Assembly: GCA_043814055.1 (NCBI GenBank)
Contig: JBDRKL010000010.1
Coordinates: forward strand, 1 to 64,000
Direction of reading: 5' to 3'
Length of the DNA stretch: 64,000 nt
From: an archaeon
Lineage (GTDB): Archaea; Undinarchaeota; Undinarchaeia; Undinarchaeales; JBDRKL01
A program made the position numbers and the translations under genes. Of this stretch, positions 35,067 to 45,083 are shown in pieces. The notes below the pieces were generated by a model, which was given only the letters and a program-made list of their open reading frames with translations, was not told where the DNA came from and searched no databases. Within the stretch, counting starts at the first letter, position 1, and every line of letters starts with the position of its first letter.

Positions 35067-35749
35067 GAGCAACGATTACCCTGAATAAAAAACCAATGAC
35101 TGAGAAGACCTACTGCAACCTGGTGAATGCATTCACCTCGGAAGGCTACACGCCAATTATTGACCCGCGCCAGTTTGACTCGCCAATTTCAATCAAGGCG
35201 AGGTTCAAGGCAAAGGAAGAAAAAGTGCGGTTCATAGAGTTCTCGCCGCAGATGGAGCTGAGCATAGAGCACGAGCTCACCAAGTCCAAGGCGGAGAAGC
35301 AGCTTGACGCGCTGAGCACAAAACTGGAGGAGCTTATGGTGGTTGGGGATGCAAAAGTTGAGGACTATGAGTTGGCTACTTTGCAGATGATATCCCAGCA
35401 TAACATGCTCCAGAAGAACCCAGTGGTGTTTCCTGCAAACGAGGCCGAGGCAAAGCTCTTTGAGGGGCTTGAGCAGAAGAAAATATTTTCCAAGGCATTC
35501 GCGATAAAGTGCCCAAAATGCAATCGCGCGTTTATGGTTCCGCACAACAAGATAAAGCTTGAATCCGATAAGATGTTCTGCGTTGGCTGCGAGGCGTGGG
35601 TTTCTATACAGAATGAAACGCTTGCGTACATAGTCAACGAGGAATATATGGCAGTCATAGACACGGTCTGGGACAAAGTTCAGAAGCTAATTCGGGCGAG
35701 CTGGCGCGAAGTCATCAAGCGCGGAATACCAATAATAAAAGTGGAGTAG
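35063..35749 (+). CDS. Hypothetical protein with CxxC...CxxC zinc ribbon
   Basis: CPKC...CVGC. Confidence 0.7.
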   Translation: MRATITLNKKPMTEKTYCNLVNAFTSEGYTPIIDPRQFDSPISIKARFKAKEEKVRFIEFSPQMELSIEHELTKSKAEKQLDALSTKLEELMVVGDAKVEDYELATLQMISQHNMLQKNPVVFPANEAEAKLFEGLEQKKIFSKAFAIKCPKCNRAFMVPHNKIKLESDKMFCVGCEAWVSIQNETLAYIVNEEYMAVIDTVWDKVQKLIRASWREVIKRGIPIIKVE

Positions 35750-35750
35750 A

Positions 35751-36359
35751 ATGAAAATAGGAGTTTTGGCATCAACACGCGGCACTGACTTGCAGGCGAT
35801 TATAGACGAGATTGAGGCAGGCAGTCTGGACGCTGAAATTTCCTGCGTGATAAGCAACAAGGAAAGTGCAGGAGCGCTGGACAAGGCGAGAGCGCACAGC
35901 ATTGACGCAATTTTCATTGACCCTGATGACAAGAGCCGCGAGGAATTTGACGAGGAAATCGCAGCAGAGCTTGGCAAGCGCGGGGTTGAGCTGGTTTTGC
36001 TCATCGGTTACATGCGAATTCTTTCGCCTAGTTTTGTGCGCAAGTACGAGAACCGGATAATGAACGCGCATCCTTCGCTATTGCCGGCGTTTGCGGGCGG
36101 CATGGATACTAATGTGCACAGGGAAGTGCTTGAGTCCGGGGTTAAGGAGACTGGCTGCACGATTCATTTTGTAACTGAGGATGTTGACTCAGGACCGATA
36201 ATACTCCAGAAAAAAGTTCTTGTTGAGAAGAACGACACTGAAGAAACACTCAAGGCGAAGGTTCAGGAACAGGAAAAAATCGCGTTCATAGAAGCGATTA
36301 ATTTGTTTAAGGATGGGAAATTAAAAATTGAAGGCAGTACTGTTACTATACTAAAATGA
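35751..36359 (+). CDS. purN: Phosphoribosylglycinamide formyltransferase
   Basis: GYMRIL, NAHPSLLPAF, TGCTIHFV and DSGPII. Confidence 0.95.
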   Translation: MKIGVLASTRGTDLQAIIDEIEAGSLDAEISCVISNKESAGALDKARAHSIDAIFIDPDDKSREEFDEEIAAELGKRGVELVLLIGYMRILSPSFVRKYENRIMNAHPSLLPAFAGGMDTNVHREVLESGVKETGCTIHFVTEDVDSGPIILQKKVLVEKNDTEETLKAKVQEQEKIAFIEAINLFKDGKLKIEGSTVTILK

Positions 36360-37525
36360 ATTCGGAAGAAGCAACAAATTACTTGCAGGACCTGCAGAAA
36401 CATGGTATTCATCTGGGTCTTGACATAATTGAAGAGATTCTGAACGCTCTGGGCAATCCGCAGAATGATTACAAAACAGTCCATATTGCAGGTACTAATG
36501 GCAAAGGGTCTGTAGTGGCTATGGTTTCTGAGGCATTAAAGCTTTCAGGTTTTAAAACAGCGATATATACCTCGCCGCATCTCATTAGTATCCAGGAGCG
36601 GTTCTTGATTAATGGTGAGCTTATATCACAAGAGAGGTTTTCTGAATTAGTTGGGCAGGTCAGGGAAGTTGTGGAATCTCTTGGCATAAAACCAACGTTC
36701 TTTGAATTTGTCACTGCAAGTGCGTTCAAGTACTTCTCAGACGAGAAAGTTGATTATGCAGTTTTTGAGACCGGCATGGGTGGACGCCTGGATGCAACAA
36801 ACATGATAACTCCTGAAATTTCAGTCATTACCAATATTGACCTTGAGCACACAAAGCACCTCGGCGATACAGTGGAAAAAATCGCTGAGGAGAAAGCAGG
36901 CATAATAAAACGCAGAGTTCCTGTTGTGACAGGTGCAATGCACGGAGCTCTTGAGTTCATAAGGCGGAAAGCTGTGGATATGGAGGCGCCACTTCACATA
37001 ATTCATAAACCTTACACAGGAGAAGTTGGCCTAAATGGGGAGTTCCAAAAAGTAAACGCTGCAATTGCAGCAGAAGCACTCAGAGTTTTAGGTTTAAAGC
37101 CGGACATAATCTCAAAAGCAATCAAAACTGCAAAGTGGCCTGGTAGGATGCAGTTTGAGGGCAATATCCTGCTGGACGGCTCGCACAACCCTGCTGGGTT
37201 CAAGGTTCTGATTGATGAGCTTAAGAAGCTGGACAAGCGATTCATATTCGTGACCGGCCTGAGCGAGGGCAAGGATTATGCCGCTATTTTCAAGCTCATA
37301 AACCCGATCGCGAATAAAATCATACTCACAAAGACCAAGGTTTCTCGGGCGGTTGACCCAAGCGAGTACTCAGAGCATGCGAAAGATCCGATTATAACAA
37401 GGAATGTTCCAGTTGCGCTTAAAAAAGCACAGGGGCTTGCCAAGGAAGGCGATTTAATTGTGGTAACCGGTGTTTTCACAGTCGGAGAAGCAATGGAATA
37501 CCTGGGCATAACCCCGAGCTTTTAA
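36356..37525 (+). CDS. folC: Folylpolyglutamate synthase/dihydrofolate synthase
   Basis: HIAGTNGKGS, YTSPHL, ETGMGGRLDATN, WPGR and DGSHNP. Confidence 0.93.
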   Translation: MNSEEATNYLQDLQKHGIHLGLDIIEEILNALGNPQNDYKTVHIAGTNGKGSVVAMVSEALKLSGFKTAIYTSPHLISIQERFLINGELISQERFSELVGQVREVVESLGIKPTFFEFVTASAFKYFSDEKVDYAVFETGMGGRLDATNMITPEISVITNIDLEHTKHLGDTVEKIAEEKAGIIKRRVPVVTGAMHGALEFIRRKAVDMEAPLHIIHKPYTGEVGLNGEFQKVNAAIAAEALRVLGLKPDIISKAIKTAKWPGRMQFEGNILLDGSHNPAGFKVLIDELKKLDKRFIFVTGLSEGKDYAAIFKLINPIANKIILTKTKVSRAVDPSEYSEHAKDPIITRNVPVALKKAQGLAKEGDLIVVTGVFTVGEAMEYLGITPSF

Positions 37526-37526
37526 T

Positions 37527-37628
37527 TGTAGGTAGTAGTTAGTAGTAAGTAGTTGGTAGTATGTAGTTAGTAATAACCACAAACTACAGACTATGAACTA
37601 CAAACCACAAACTAATAGCTACAACTAT
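37527..37628. repeat. Degenerate heptamer tandem repeats arranged as an inverted repeat
   Basis: (nGTAGTw)n followed by (AACTACA-like)n between the convergent folC and transporter genes. Confidence 0.75.
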
Positions 37629-38245
37629 TTCTTAAGCCACTTAACCCCAAGATAGCAGAACGGGGTGTCAAGCGCTGCGAACAGGACTTTTACAATCCAG
37701 TAGGGTATTATGAGCGCAGTTATGAACGCAACGCCTGCGTATGGAGTAACTCCATAAAATGCGATGAACATGAATATCGTGGTGTCAATGAGCTGGCTCA
37801 CTAGTGTTGACGCGTTGTTGCGGAGCCAGAGGTATTTTCCATTTGTCTTTTTCTTCCAGAAGTTGAACGCCCAGACATCGTGGGTTTGCGAGATTCCAAA
37901 AGCGATTATGCTAGCTATAAAAATTCTCAGGGATGCTGAAAAGACTTTGGTATACTCAGCTGGGAAAAAGTCCCGCGCTGCAGAAGGCAGGTAAACCGCG
38001 ATTGCGGTTATTATGAGTACAAATACGAGTGATATTATGCCTGCGTTCACCAAGCTCTGGGCTCTTTCCCTGCCATGCACTTCCTCAATTATGTCTGTCA
38101 CAAGGAAAGTTATTGGAAAAGCGAGTATGCCTGTGGAAGCGATGAAAATTCCAAAGTCAGCTATCTTCGTGCCCATCAGGTTTGCAGCGACTAGCGCGCC
38201 TATGAAAAGCGCGGAAAGGATTGTTGTTTTTTGTTCAATGTTCAT
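37625..38245 (-). CDS. yhhQ: Queuosine/archaeosine precursor transporter (YhhQ/VUT family)
   Basis: FPITFLVTDIIEEVHG, LWLRNNASTLVSQLIDT and ALDTPF. Confidence 0.9.
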   Translation of the reverse strand: MNIEQKTTILSALFIGALVAANLMGTKIADFGIFIASTGILAFPITFLVTDIIEEVHGRERAQSLVNAGIISLVFVLIITAIAVYLPSAARDFFPAEYTKVFSASLRIFIASIIAFGISQTHDVWAFNFWKKKTNGKYLWLRNNASTLVSQLIDTTIFMFIAFYGVTPYAGVAFITALIIPYWIVKVLFAALDTPFCYLGVKWLKK

Positions 38246-38287
38246 AATTCTGGGTTTTATGGGGGTGTAGTTTAAATGGTTTTTTGT

Positions 38288-39838
38288 TCACGCCTGCAAA
38301 TACACGTCCGTTTGCCTCTCTATGCCAAGCTCTACTTCAAGTGCACTCACATGGTTCCAAAATTCATTGGCACTCTTTTGGTAGAGGTCTATGTCTTTTA
38401 CTATATCCTTCAGGGTTTTTTCCCTGGGTGTATTTCCTTCCTGAGGGGTATTCTCTTTCAATTGGTCTGCTTTTTCCCGCAAGAAAATTGTTGCTACGTC
38501 TTCTGTGCGCACATCACTTCCGGCCTCTCTAAGCTTTTCTTGTTTTTCCTTCAATTTTTTGGCGAGCAACACACCCAATTCGGCAAGTGAAACTTTTTGT
38601 TTTTTCAGGCCTTTTGTATAATCCTCAGTCAAGCCTTTTATCGCCAGATTTTGCGCCTTCTGCCACACAAGTTTTGCTATTATCAAATTTGAAAGAAGCT
38701 TAAGTCGCAAATTAGGTTCATAGTCCGGCAGGCTGTCAAGTGGCTCGTAGCACTTTCTGGCAAGGCCCAAGTTAGCTTCAACCGCTGATGCCTCATTTTT
38801 TAAACTTTTATAAAGTTCAAGTATCCCATTTAAAATGTCGCCCTTTTTTGAAGGCCTTGCATTAGCAGTCCCTTTGCCGGCAGCCTCGTATTTTTTATTG
38901 GCGTCTTTCAGCATTGCCTCAAACTTAGCGTTCCCTAAATAAACCTCAAAGTGGGTGGCCTTGAGCATGAGGCAGTCGCCAACTCCTTCAATCGCTGTTG
39001 AGTGCTCATTTGATCTTGACACGCTTAGCTGCTCTACCTGACTGAACCTTTTAATTGCTGTATCAACCAGCCTGTGCTGGGGGTCATAGTTCTTAAATGC
39101 CTTTAGGAGGCATACTTGGCCAACGTAGAACGCTGAGCGTTTTATCAGTTCTGTATGCCCTTTCTGCGTTGCATATTCCAGGGCTTCCTTCAGTTCTGTA
39201 TAGGCAGCCGTATAATTCTGCCTCTTGGTCTGCACTTTGCCGAGCTCAAGCTGAATCTCTGCAATCTTTAGCTTATTTTCGATCTCTACTGCGAGATTCT
39301 TTGCGCATTTAAGCGCCGTAACGGCCTTTTCATATTCCGGACATTCCCGCTTTGCAGAGGTGCCTTTTTCATCTCCGCGCAGAACGTAGATTTTTGCCAG
39401 ATATTTCTTTGCATCTATTTTCAGATCGATTTCTTCAGAGGCCCCAACTATCTCAAGATAAGTCACTGCAGTTCCTAATTGTATTTTTGATTTATTCTTT
39501 CGCCCCTCCTCAAAGGACGAAATGCCAAGCATCAAGGCAATCGGCACGCGAATCTTGCGGCTAAACGGAGCGCTAGAATCCAGGCAGAGCATACAGTAGT
39601 CTATGGCTTCTCCATACTCTTTGGCTTCAAAAGAAACAACTGTAAGCCCGAGCAGTGCGCGGTATTTGTCGTCAGACCTATCAGGTGCAGCTTTGAGCGC
39701 TCTTCCAAAATTAGCTAAACCGCCCTCCAAATCTTTTTTTTCCAGGCTCTGTATCCCTTCTTTCAAGCCGTCAACTGCACCCTTGGCAATCTCTCCTTTT
39801 AGCCACTTTATCATGCCCCTTAGCTTGAACAAATTCAT
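38288..39838 (-). CDS. TPR-like helical repeat protein
   Basis: Repeated LG...G.Y..A...Y helical pattern. Confidence 0.65.
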   Translation of the reverse strand: MNLFKLRGMIKWLKGEIAKGAVDGLKEGIQSLEKKDLEGGLANFGRALKAAPDRSDDKYRALLGLTVVSFEAKEYGEAIDYCMLCLDSSAPFSRKIRVPIALMLGISSFEEGRKNKSKIQLGTAVTYLEIVGASEEIDLKIDAKKYLAKIYVLRGDEKGTSAKRECPEYEKAVTALKCAKNLAVEIENKLKIAEIQLELGKVQTKRQNYTAAYTELKEALEYATQKGHTELIKRSAFYVGQVCLLKAFKNYDPQHRLVDTAIKRFSQVEQLSVSRSNEHSTAIEGVGDCLMLKATHFEVYLGNAKFEAMLKDANKKYEAAGKGTANARPSKKGDILNGILELYKSLKNEASAVEANLGLARKCYEPLDSLPDYEPNLRLKLLSNLIIAKLVWQKAQNLAIKGLTEDYTKGLKKQKVSLAELGVLLAKKLKEKQEKLREAGSDVRTEDVATIFLREKADQLKENTPQEGNTPREKTLKDIVKDIDLYQKSANEFWNHVSALEVELGIERQTDVYLQA

Positions 39839-39853
39839 ATATAAAGATTAGTG

Positions 39854-40537
39854 CTATCGATTTCTCTTTAACATCTGCTTTATTTTTTCACTCTTCAGCT
39901 CCCTTATCGCGTCGTTCGCAATCCACTTTGCAGCTTTTGAATCAATCTTCTGAATTTCTTTTGCAACTTTAATAGCTTTTTTGTTCAGCGCCAAATTCCT
40001 TTTGCCAATCTGCCTAAGCGCCCAGTTCACAGCTTTCTTCACAAAGTTGCGCTCGTCTGTTGAATATTTTTTAATAATTGGCAAAAACTTCTTAAACTGC
40101 GCATCAGGTGCTTTCTTGTCGTGCACAGCAGAGGTTGCCATAAGCACAAACCCTGTCCGCTTTACAAATTCCTCGTCGCGCTTGGTCCATTCCACAGCTT
40201 TTCTGTAAACAAAAGGCGTCTTGTCAAACAGGTTGCTGCAGCACTGGTCCACGATGTCCCAGGAATTAAAATCCTTAACCCAGCGATCCATCTGTGCCTC
40301 TGTAACCTTGTCAACTTCATCAATGAGCGGCGCGAGTATTCTTGCCTCGTGGATTCCCGTGTCCCAAAGCTTCTGCGCAAGCGTGTGGCTCTTCCCAATC
40401 TGCTTTGCCATTTTGCGCACAACCGGCACTGACACTCCGAGCATTTTCCCGCCCTGAATTCCAAACCTCTGCATACCTTCAACGTTCTTCGGGTTTGCGT
40501 GCGACTGGAGCTGTTTGATTATTTCAGTCTTGTTCAT
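39854..40537 (-). CDS. DNA alkylation repair protein, AlkD-like HEAT glycosylase
   Basis: HEARIL, FNSWDIVDQ and DERNFVKKAVNWALRQIGKRN. Confidence 0.88.
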   Translation of the reverse strand: MNKTEIIKQLQSHANPKNVEGMQRFGIQGGKMLGVSVPVVRKMAKQIGKSHTLAQKLWDTGIHEARILAPLIDEVDKVTEAQMDRWVKDFNSWDIVDQCCSNLFDKTPFVYRKAVEWTKRDEEFVKRTGFVLMATSAVHDKKAPDAQFKKFLPIIKKYSTDERNFVKKAVNWALRQIGKRNLALNKKAIKVAKEIQKIDSKAAKWIANDAIRELKSEKIKQMLKRNR

Positions 40538-40595
40538 ATTGGCTATTGGCGGTTAGCTGTTAGCCAACTGCCAACCCCCTGCTAACTACTAATCC
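40538..40595. repeat. Degenerate heptamer inverted-repeat tract
   Basis: attggct attggcg gttagct gttagcc ... gccaacc ... gctaact actaatc. Confidence 0.55.
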
Positions 40596-40630
40596 AAACC
40601 TTGATAAATACTTTAGCACTATATCCTGTT

Positions 40631-41476
40631 ATGACTGTCCAAATAATTGACGGCAAGGCAATCGCGGAGGAAATCCGCGGAAAGCTCAGGGATAAAATCA
40701 CCGAGCTCAAGCTAACCCCTGGCCTCGCAGTGATTCAAGTTGGGAACAACTCTGCTTCTAAAATCTACGTGAGCAGCAAGCGCAAGGCGTGCGAAGAAAC
40801 CGGCATCTACATCGACGTTCACAGGCTACCTGCAGGCACGAAAGAATCTGAAGTCATCGCGCTTGTCAAAAAGCTCAACAAGGACTCTAAAATTCACGGC
40901 ATTCTCGTCCAGCTCCCTCTGCCTGATAAGATTGACGAGCGCGCGGTTCTGGATACAATTAATTCTGAAAAGGATGTTGACGGTCTCACGAAGAAAAATC
41001 TCGGCGCGCTGTTCATAGGAAATCCTCGCATAATTCCCTGCACCCCGCGCGGCATTATGAAGCTCATCAAGAGCACAGGGGTAGAGCTTGAGGGGAAGCA
41101 CGCGGTGGTCATCGGAAGGAGTATGCTTGTTGGAAAACCAATTGCGATGCTTCTCCAGCAGAAGAACTGCACAGTCACGATGTGCCATTCACGAACCAAG
41201 AATCTTGAAGAGCACACAAAGACTGCGGATATTTTGGTCTCCGCGGTTGGGGTCCCCCAACTAATTACAGGAGAAATGATAAAGGAAGGCGCGGTAGTGA
41301 TTGATGTTGGAATAAACCGCTTGGATAACGGCAAGGTGGTCGGCGATGTTGATTTTAAATCTGCAAAAGAAAAAGCAGCGTTCATAACCCCTGTGCCAGG
41401 CGGGGTCGGACCGATGACAGTCGTCTCATTGCTGGAGAATGTTGTGGAAGCCGCAGCGAGAATTGCAAACCCATAA
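40631..41476 (+). CDS. folD: Methylenetetrahydrofolate dehydrogenase/cyclohydrolase
   Basis: GILVQLPLP, KDVDG, PCTPRG, GRSMLVGKP and TPVPGGVGPMT. Start ATG 40631. Confidence 0.96.
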   Translation: MTVQIIDGKAIAEEIRGKLRDKITELKLTPGLAVIQVGNNSASKIYVSSKRKACEETGIYIDVHRLPAGTKESEVIALVKKLNKDSKIHGILVQLPLPDKIDERAVLDTINSEKDVDGLTKKNLGALFIGNPRIIPCTPRGIMKLIKSTGVELEGKHAVVIGRSMLVGKPIAMLLQQKNCTVTMCHSRTKNLEEHTKTADILVSAVGVPQLITGEMIKEGAVVIDVGINRLDNGKVVGDVDFKSAKEKAAFITPVPGGVGPMTVVSLLENVVEAAARIANP

Positions 41477-41507
41477 TATTTATACCAGTATTCTTTAAAA
41501 CAATTCA

Positions 41508-42050
41508 ATGGGCGAAACTAAAAACAATAATCAAACTCTTCACCCGCCGCACAAGCAGATGACTTTTGGCGAGCGCGCGGCTGACAAGCTTACTGTGATT
41601 GCAGGAAGCTGGACATTTATCATAAGTCTCCTAATCCTCCTCGCTATATGGGTAATGATAAATGCATATGCGCTGGGCATTCTGCACTGGGATCCCTATC
41701 CCTTCATACTTCTCAATTTAATCCTATCCTGCCTTGCAGCGTTTCAGGCGCCTGTTATCCTGATGAGCCAGAACAGGCAATCTATTATTGACAGGCGCAG
41801 GTTTGAGTACGACTATGCTGTTAACAGAAAAGCAGAGCACGAGGTTGCGAACATGCAAAAAGATTTGGAAGACATCAAGGACTTAATCTGGACAGTTAAG
41901 CAGGATTACAAGCTCAACGTGAAGACTGACAAGAGTGTTGATCACTTGAAACAGCACATATCGGACATAAAGAAGACTCACACAGAAACCACAAAACACC
42001 TTGAAGGTATTAAGAAAGATTTGAGCCATTTAAAGAAAGGGATGAAATAA
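41508..42050 (+). CDS. DUF1003-family membrane protein
   Basis: GSWTFI, DPYPFILLNL.LS..AAFQAPVILMSQNRQ. Confidence 0.88.
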   Translation: MGETKNNNQTLHPPHKQMTFGERAADKLTVIAGSWTFIISLLILLAIWVMINAYALGILHWDPYPFILLNLILSCLAAFQAPVILMSQNRQSIIDRRRFEYDYAVNRKAEHEVANMQKDLEDIKDLIWTVKQDYKLNVKTDKSVDHLKQHISDIKKTHTETTKHLEGIKKDLSHLKKGMK

Positions 42051-43097
42051 TTATACTTTGAACTTTCCATTTTCTAGAAGCACAGTGCCATTCTTTCTTT
42101 GCATGCCCTTTTTTATATTTCTATAAACAGTTATTGTTGGCTTGAGCAGTAGTCTGTCACGATGAGTTCCGCCTATGATCCTACCCTGTAGTTCTTTGTT
42201 ATTGCCAACTGCAAAGTGGCAGGTTTCAAATGCTTTTTCAGATTCAAGCATAGTTTCCACAACTTTTGCTTTTGGATTTATTCCAATACCAATCTCGCCT
42301 ATTACTAGGTCGTCGTCGCACTTCACGTCATCCCAATACAGCTTCGGCGCGTCGCTTTCCTTGCGTATTATCCTGCCTTTGCACACAGTGAACTTCATCG
42401 GTTCCTTTGCTTCCCAGCGCGGCAGCATTGCATCAACAACCAGAGTGCCATTGTTATGCTCGCTGAACTCAAACGGCACAAAGAAAACCTCGCCGCCTGG
42501 CAGGTTCCCCATCTTGTTCTTGGCCTTGTAAATCTCGCCAAGATCCTTTGTCACGCTTTTCACGTCAATTGTTGTGAAATAGTCAGTTCCAGCAGGAGTT
42601 GTAATGTGCATACACCTGCTCTTTTTGAGTATTTCGTAAAGCTTGTCTGCGCGGGTCTTCATGTCACGCATTTGCATCGGCGCGAGGTCAAGTGGTTCTG
42701 TGAAAGAACGGTGCAGCAGCATTGGCATTGAGGCAAAGCAGGCCTTGTGCTGCATTGCGGGCTTTACGCTGATGGTGGTTGTGTATGACACGCCTGATTC
42801 TGGTGAAGTTATGAGAAAAATCTTGGTTGGGTATTTTCCCCCTGGCGGCTTAACCAATGCATCGTGCACGTCCTTGTGCGGTATTCTTTTCTCGCCATTT
42901 AGGGGCGGGCTGGTTGGCTTTATGAAAAGGAGAACACGATCAGGATCCTCGGTTAAATCTATAGCAGCATTTGCTATTTCCTGTGCAATTTTTGCAACAA
43001 TCTCATTTTGTTTATCTGCGTAAATAAGAACAATATCTTTTGGATTAACATTCATGCAAAATTCAGTTGCGATTATTGTAGCCCTAGATGATACCAT
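42051..43097 (-). CDS. M29-like (thermophilic metalloprotease) aminopeptidase
   Basis: GNLPGGEVFF, IGEIGIGINP, ESEK...HFAVGNN and HRD. Confidence 0.8.
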   Translation of the reverse strand: MVSSRATIIATEFCMNVNPKDIVLIYADKQNEIVAKIAQEIANAAIDLTEDPDRVLLFIKPTSPPLNGEKRIPHKDVHDALVKPPGGKYPTKIFLITSPESGVSYTTTISVKPAMQHKACFASMPMLLHRSFTEPLDLAPMQMRDMKTRADKLYEILKKSRCMHITTPAGTDYFTTIDVKSVTKDLGEIYKAKNKMGNLPGGEVFFVPFEFSEHNNGTLVVDAMLPRWEAKEPMKFTVCKGRIIRKESDAPKLYWDDVKCDDDLVIGEIGIGINPKAKVVETMLESEKAFETCHFAVGNNKELQGRIIGGTHRDRLLLKPTITVYRNIKKGMQRKNGTVLLENGKFKV

Positions 43098-43106
43098 ATA
43101 AGATAA

Positions 43107-43793
43107 CTAGAACTCTTTGTATTTATTCCTTACTTCTTCCATCTTGCCGCAGGTCTTTGAGCCTTCAGGGCACGGTCCATTCAGGCACCCAGGTCCGGCG
43201 TTTTCAAAAATATTAGGCGCAACTTTCTTAATTTCCTTGAGCATCAGGTCAGCCATTTCGTGAATCTCCCACTGAGCTCGGTTGCAGCAGCGCAATTGGA
43301 AAAAGTGCAAAAGTGCGCGCGCGTTCATTGTAATCACAATGTTCGTGTGCGCAGCGTTCGGGTAAACATAGCGGGCGTCCTCTGGAGCAATGCCTGAATC
43401 AATGAGCTCTTTGTATGAGTCCGCTGCTTTCTTGATTGCTGCATCATACTTCTCCTTCTTTGCAGGGTCTTTCTCAATCTCAGGCGGGGTAACATATTCA
43501 AGCTCGTCAAACTTGACATACCTCTGGCTCTGCTGGGTATAGCTTGCGATACGGTGTCGTACTAACTGATGTGAACAAGCGCGTGAAATGCCCTCTATGC
43601 TGAAAGTAAACGAAGCGTGCTCAACAACTGACTCGTGGCCGTATTCAATAACTTTCTTAAGAATTTTAATCGCTTTCTCACCTTCAGTCTTCTCATATAA
43701 ATCAGAGTAACTGCCCTCTTGAGTTGAAACCAGCGCTGCAGTGCCGCAGACCTTTTCAGGATCTTTTGTGTATGCTATGAGTTTTATTTTCAT
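43107..43793 (-). CDS. thyX: FAD-dependent thymidylate synthase
   Basis: GHESVVEH, HQLVRHRIASYTQQSQRY, EDARY and AQWEI. Confidence 0.96.
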   Translation of the reverse strand: MKIKLIAYTKDPEKVCGTAALVSTQEGSYSDLYEKTEGEKAIKILKKVIEYGHESVVEHASFTFSIEGISRACSHQLVRHRIASYTQQSQRYVKFDELEYVTPPEIEKDPAKKEKYDAAIKKAADSYKELIDSGIAPEDARYVYPNAAHTNIVITMNARALLHFFQLRCCNRAQWEIHEMADLMLKEIKKVAPNIFENAGPGCLNGPCPEGSKTCGKMEEVRNKYKEF

Positions 43794-43816
43794 TATTTTT
43801 GATATTGGTTAAAGTT

Positions 43817-43893
43817 TGTAAGATGTAGTCCGTAGTTCATAGTATCTAGTTTACCACTTATTACCTACTACCAACAGTCTATTATCCACTATT
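43817..43893. repeat. Degenerate heptamer inverted-repeat tract
   Basis: tgtagtc cgtagtt catagta tctagtt followed by taccact tattacc tactacc ... cactatt. Confidence 0.55.
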
Positions 43894-43937
43894 TATTTAG
43901 GGAACATAATATAAATAACTAATTATTATCACATCCC

Positions 43938-45083
43938 ATGGACATACTCCTGTCGCTTGCAATGCTGCTTTTCGCTGCCAAGATTGGCGGTTTTATCAGC
44001 AAGAAGATAGGTCAGTCAGCGGTCCTTGGGGAAATTGTTGCTGGCGTCATAATAGGGCCGAGCGCCTTCGGTCTCTTCACATATACTGAGTTCTTCAGCA
44101 CGTTCTCTGAGCTGGGCATAGTTTTTCTCATGTTTTTGGTCGGGCTGGAGCTAAACATCAAATCATTTGAGCACTTTTTGAAAAGGGGCGCCCTAATAGC
44201 CCTGGTCGGGGCTTTCCTGCCATACTTAGTTGGGATTGCAGTAGCATCCCTGCTGTTCCATTGGAGCGCCCTGCAGAGCTTTTTGTTTGGGGTCATACTC
44301 ATGGCTTCCAGTGTCACCATAACAGCAGCAATCCTAAGGGATTTGAAGAAATTGAAAAGCCCGATCGGTCTCACGATACTTGACGCGGCAGTTGTTGATG
44401 ACGTGATTGGCATTACTATGCTGACCTTTTTGCTGGCTGTGACAAAAGCGACCACTTTCTCAATAATAGATTTTGGCGGCATAATGCTAAAAGTTCTCGT
44501 ATTCTTCATCGGCGTCTTCCTCGCAGGCCCGCAGCTCGCAAAGTATGTTATTGCGCTAGGGGAGCATCTTGACCTCAGGGTTGAGGAGGGGCATCTCTCA
44601 GTAATAATAATATTAATCCTAACCCTGGCCATACTTGCCAATGCTATCGGGCTCTCCATAGTGGTGGGGGCTTTCCTCGCAGGCATGATTCTGGACAAGA
44701 GGCGCGTAAAAGCAGCCGGCCACGAAATATACAGCATGGCCTATGGGCTGTTCGTCCCTGTGTTCTTCGTGCTTATCGGGAGCTACGTAGTAGTCGGTAC
44801 CCTGTTGAGTAATCTGCCGCTAATATTCTTGATTGTGGCAATAGCAATAATCACAAAGCTGGTGGGCGCCGGGCTAGGTGCCAGGCTCTCCAAGATGAAC
44901 TGGCGCCAATCCCTGATTATCGGCGTCGGGATGATACCCCGCTGTGAGGTCGCTCTCATCCTGGCACTTATGGGCACGACACTCCACATAATAGACACTG
45001 AGATATACTCCGTACTTGTCACTGCAATTGTCTTGACAGCCATAGTAACTCCAATATTGCTCAAGGCGGTCATGAGGGACTAA
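43938..45083 (+). CDS. Cation:proton antiporter (CPA2 family)
   Basis: GEIVAGVIIGPS, FLVGLE, AAVVDDVIG, GAFLAG and PRCEVAL. Confidence 0.9.
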   Translation: MDILLSLAMLLFAAKIGGFISKKIGQSAVLGEIVAGVIIGPSAFGLFTYTEFFSTFSELGIVFLMFLVGLELNIKSFEHFLKRGALIALVGAFLPYLVGIAVASLLFHWSALQSFLFGVILMASSVTITAAILRDLKKLKSPIGLTILDAAVVDDVIGITMLTFLLAVTKATTFSIIDFGGIMLKVLVFFIGVFLAGPQLAKYVIALGEHLDLRVEEGHLSVIIILILTLAILANAIGLSIVVGAFLAGMILDKRRVKAAGHEIYSMAYGLFVPVFFVLIGSYVVVGTLLSNLPLIFLIVAIAIITKLVGAGLGARLSKMNWRQSLIIGVGMIPRCEVALILALMGTTLHIIDTEIYSVLVTAIVLTAIVTPILLKAVMRD

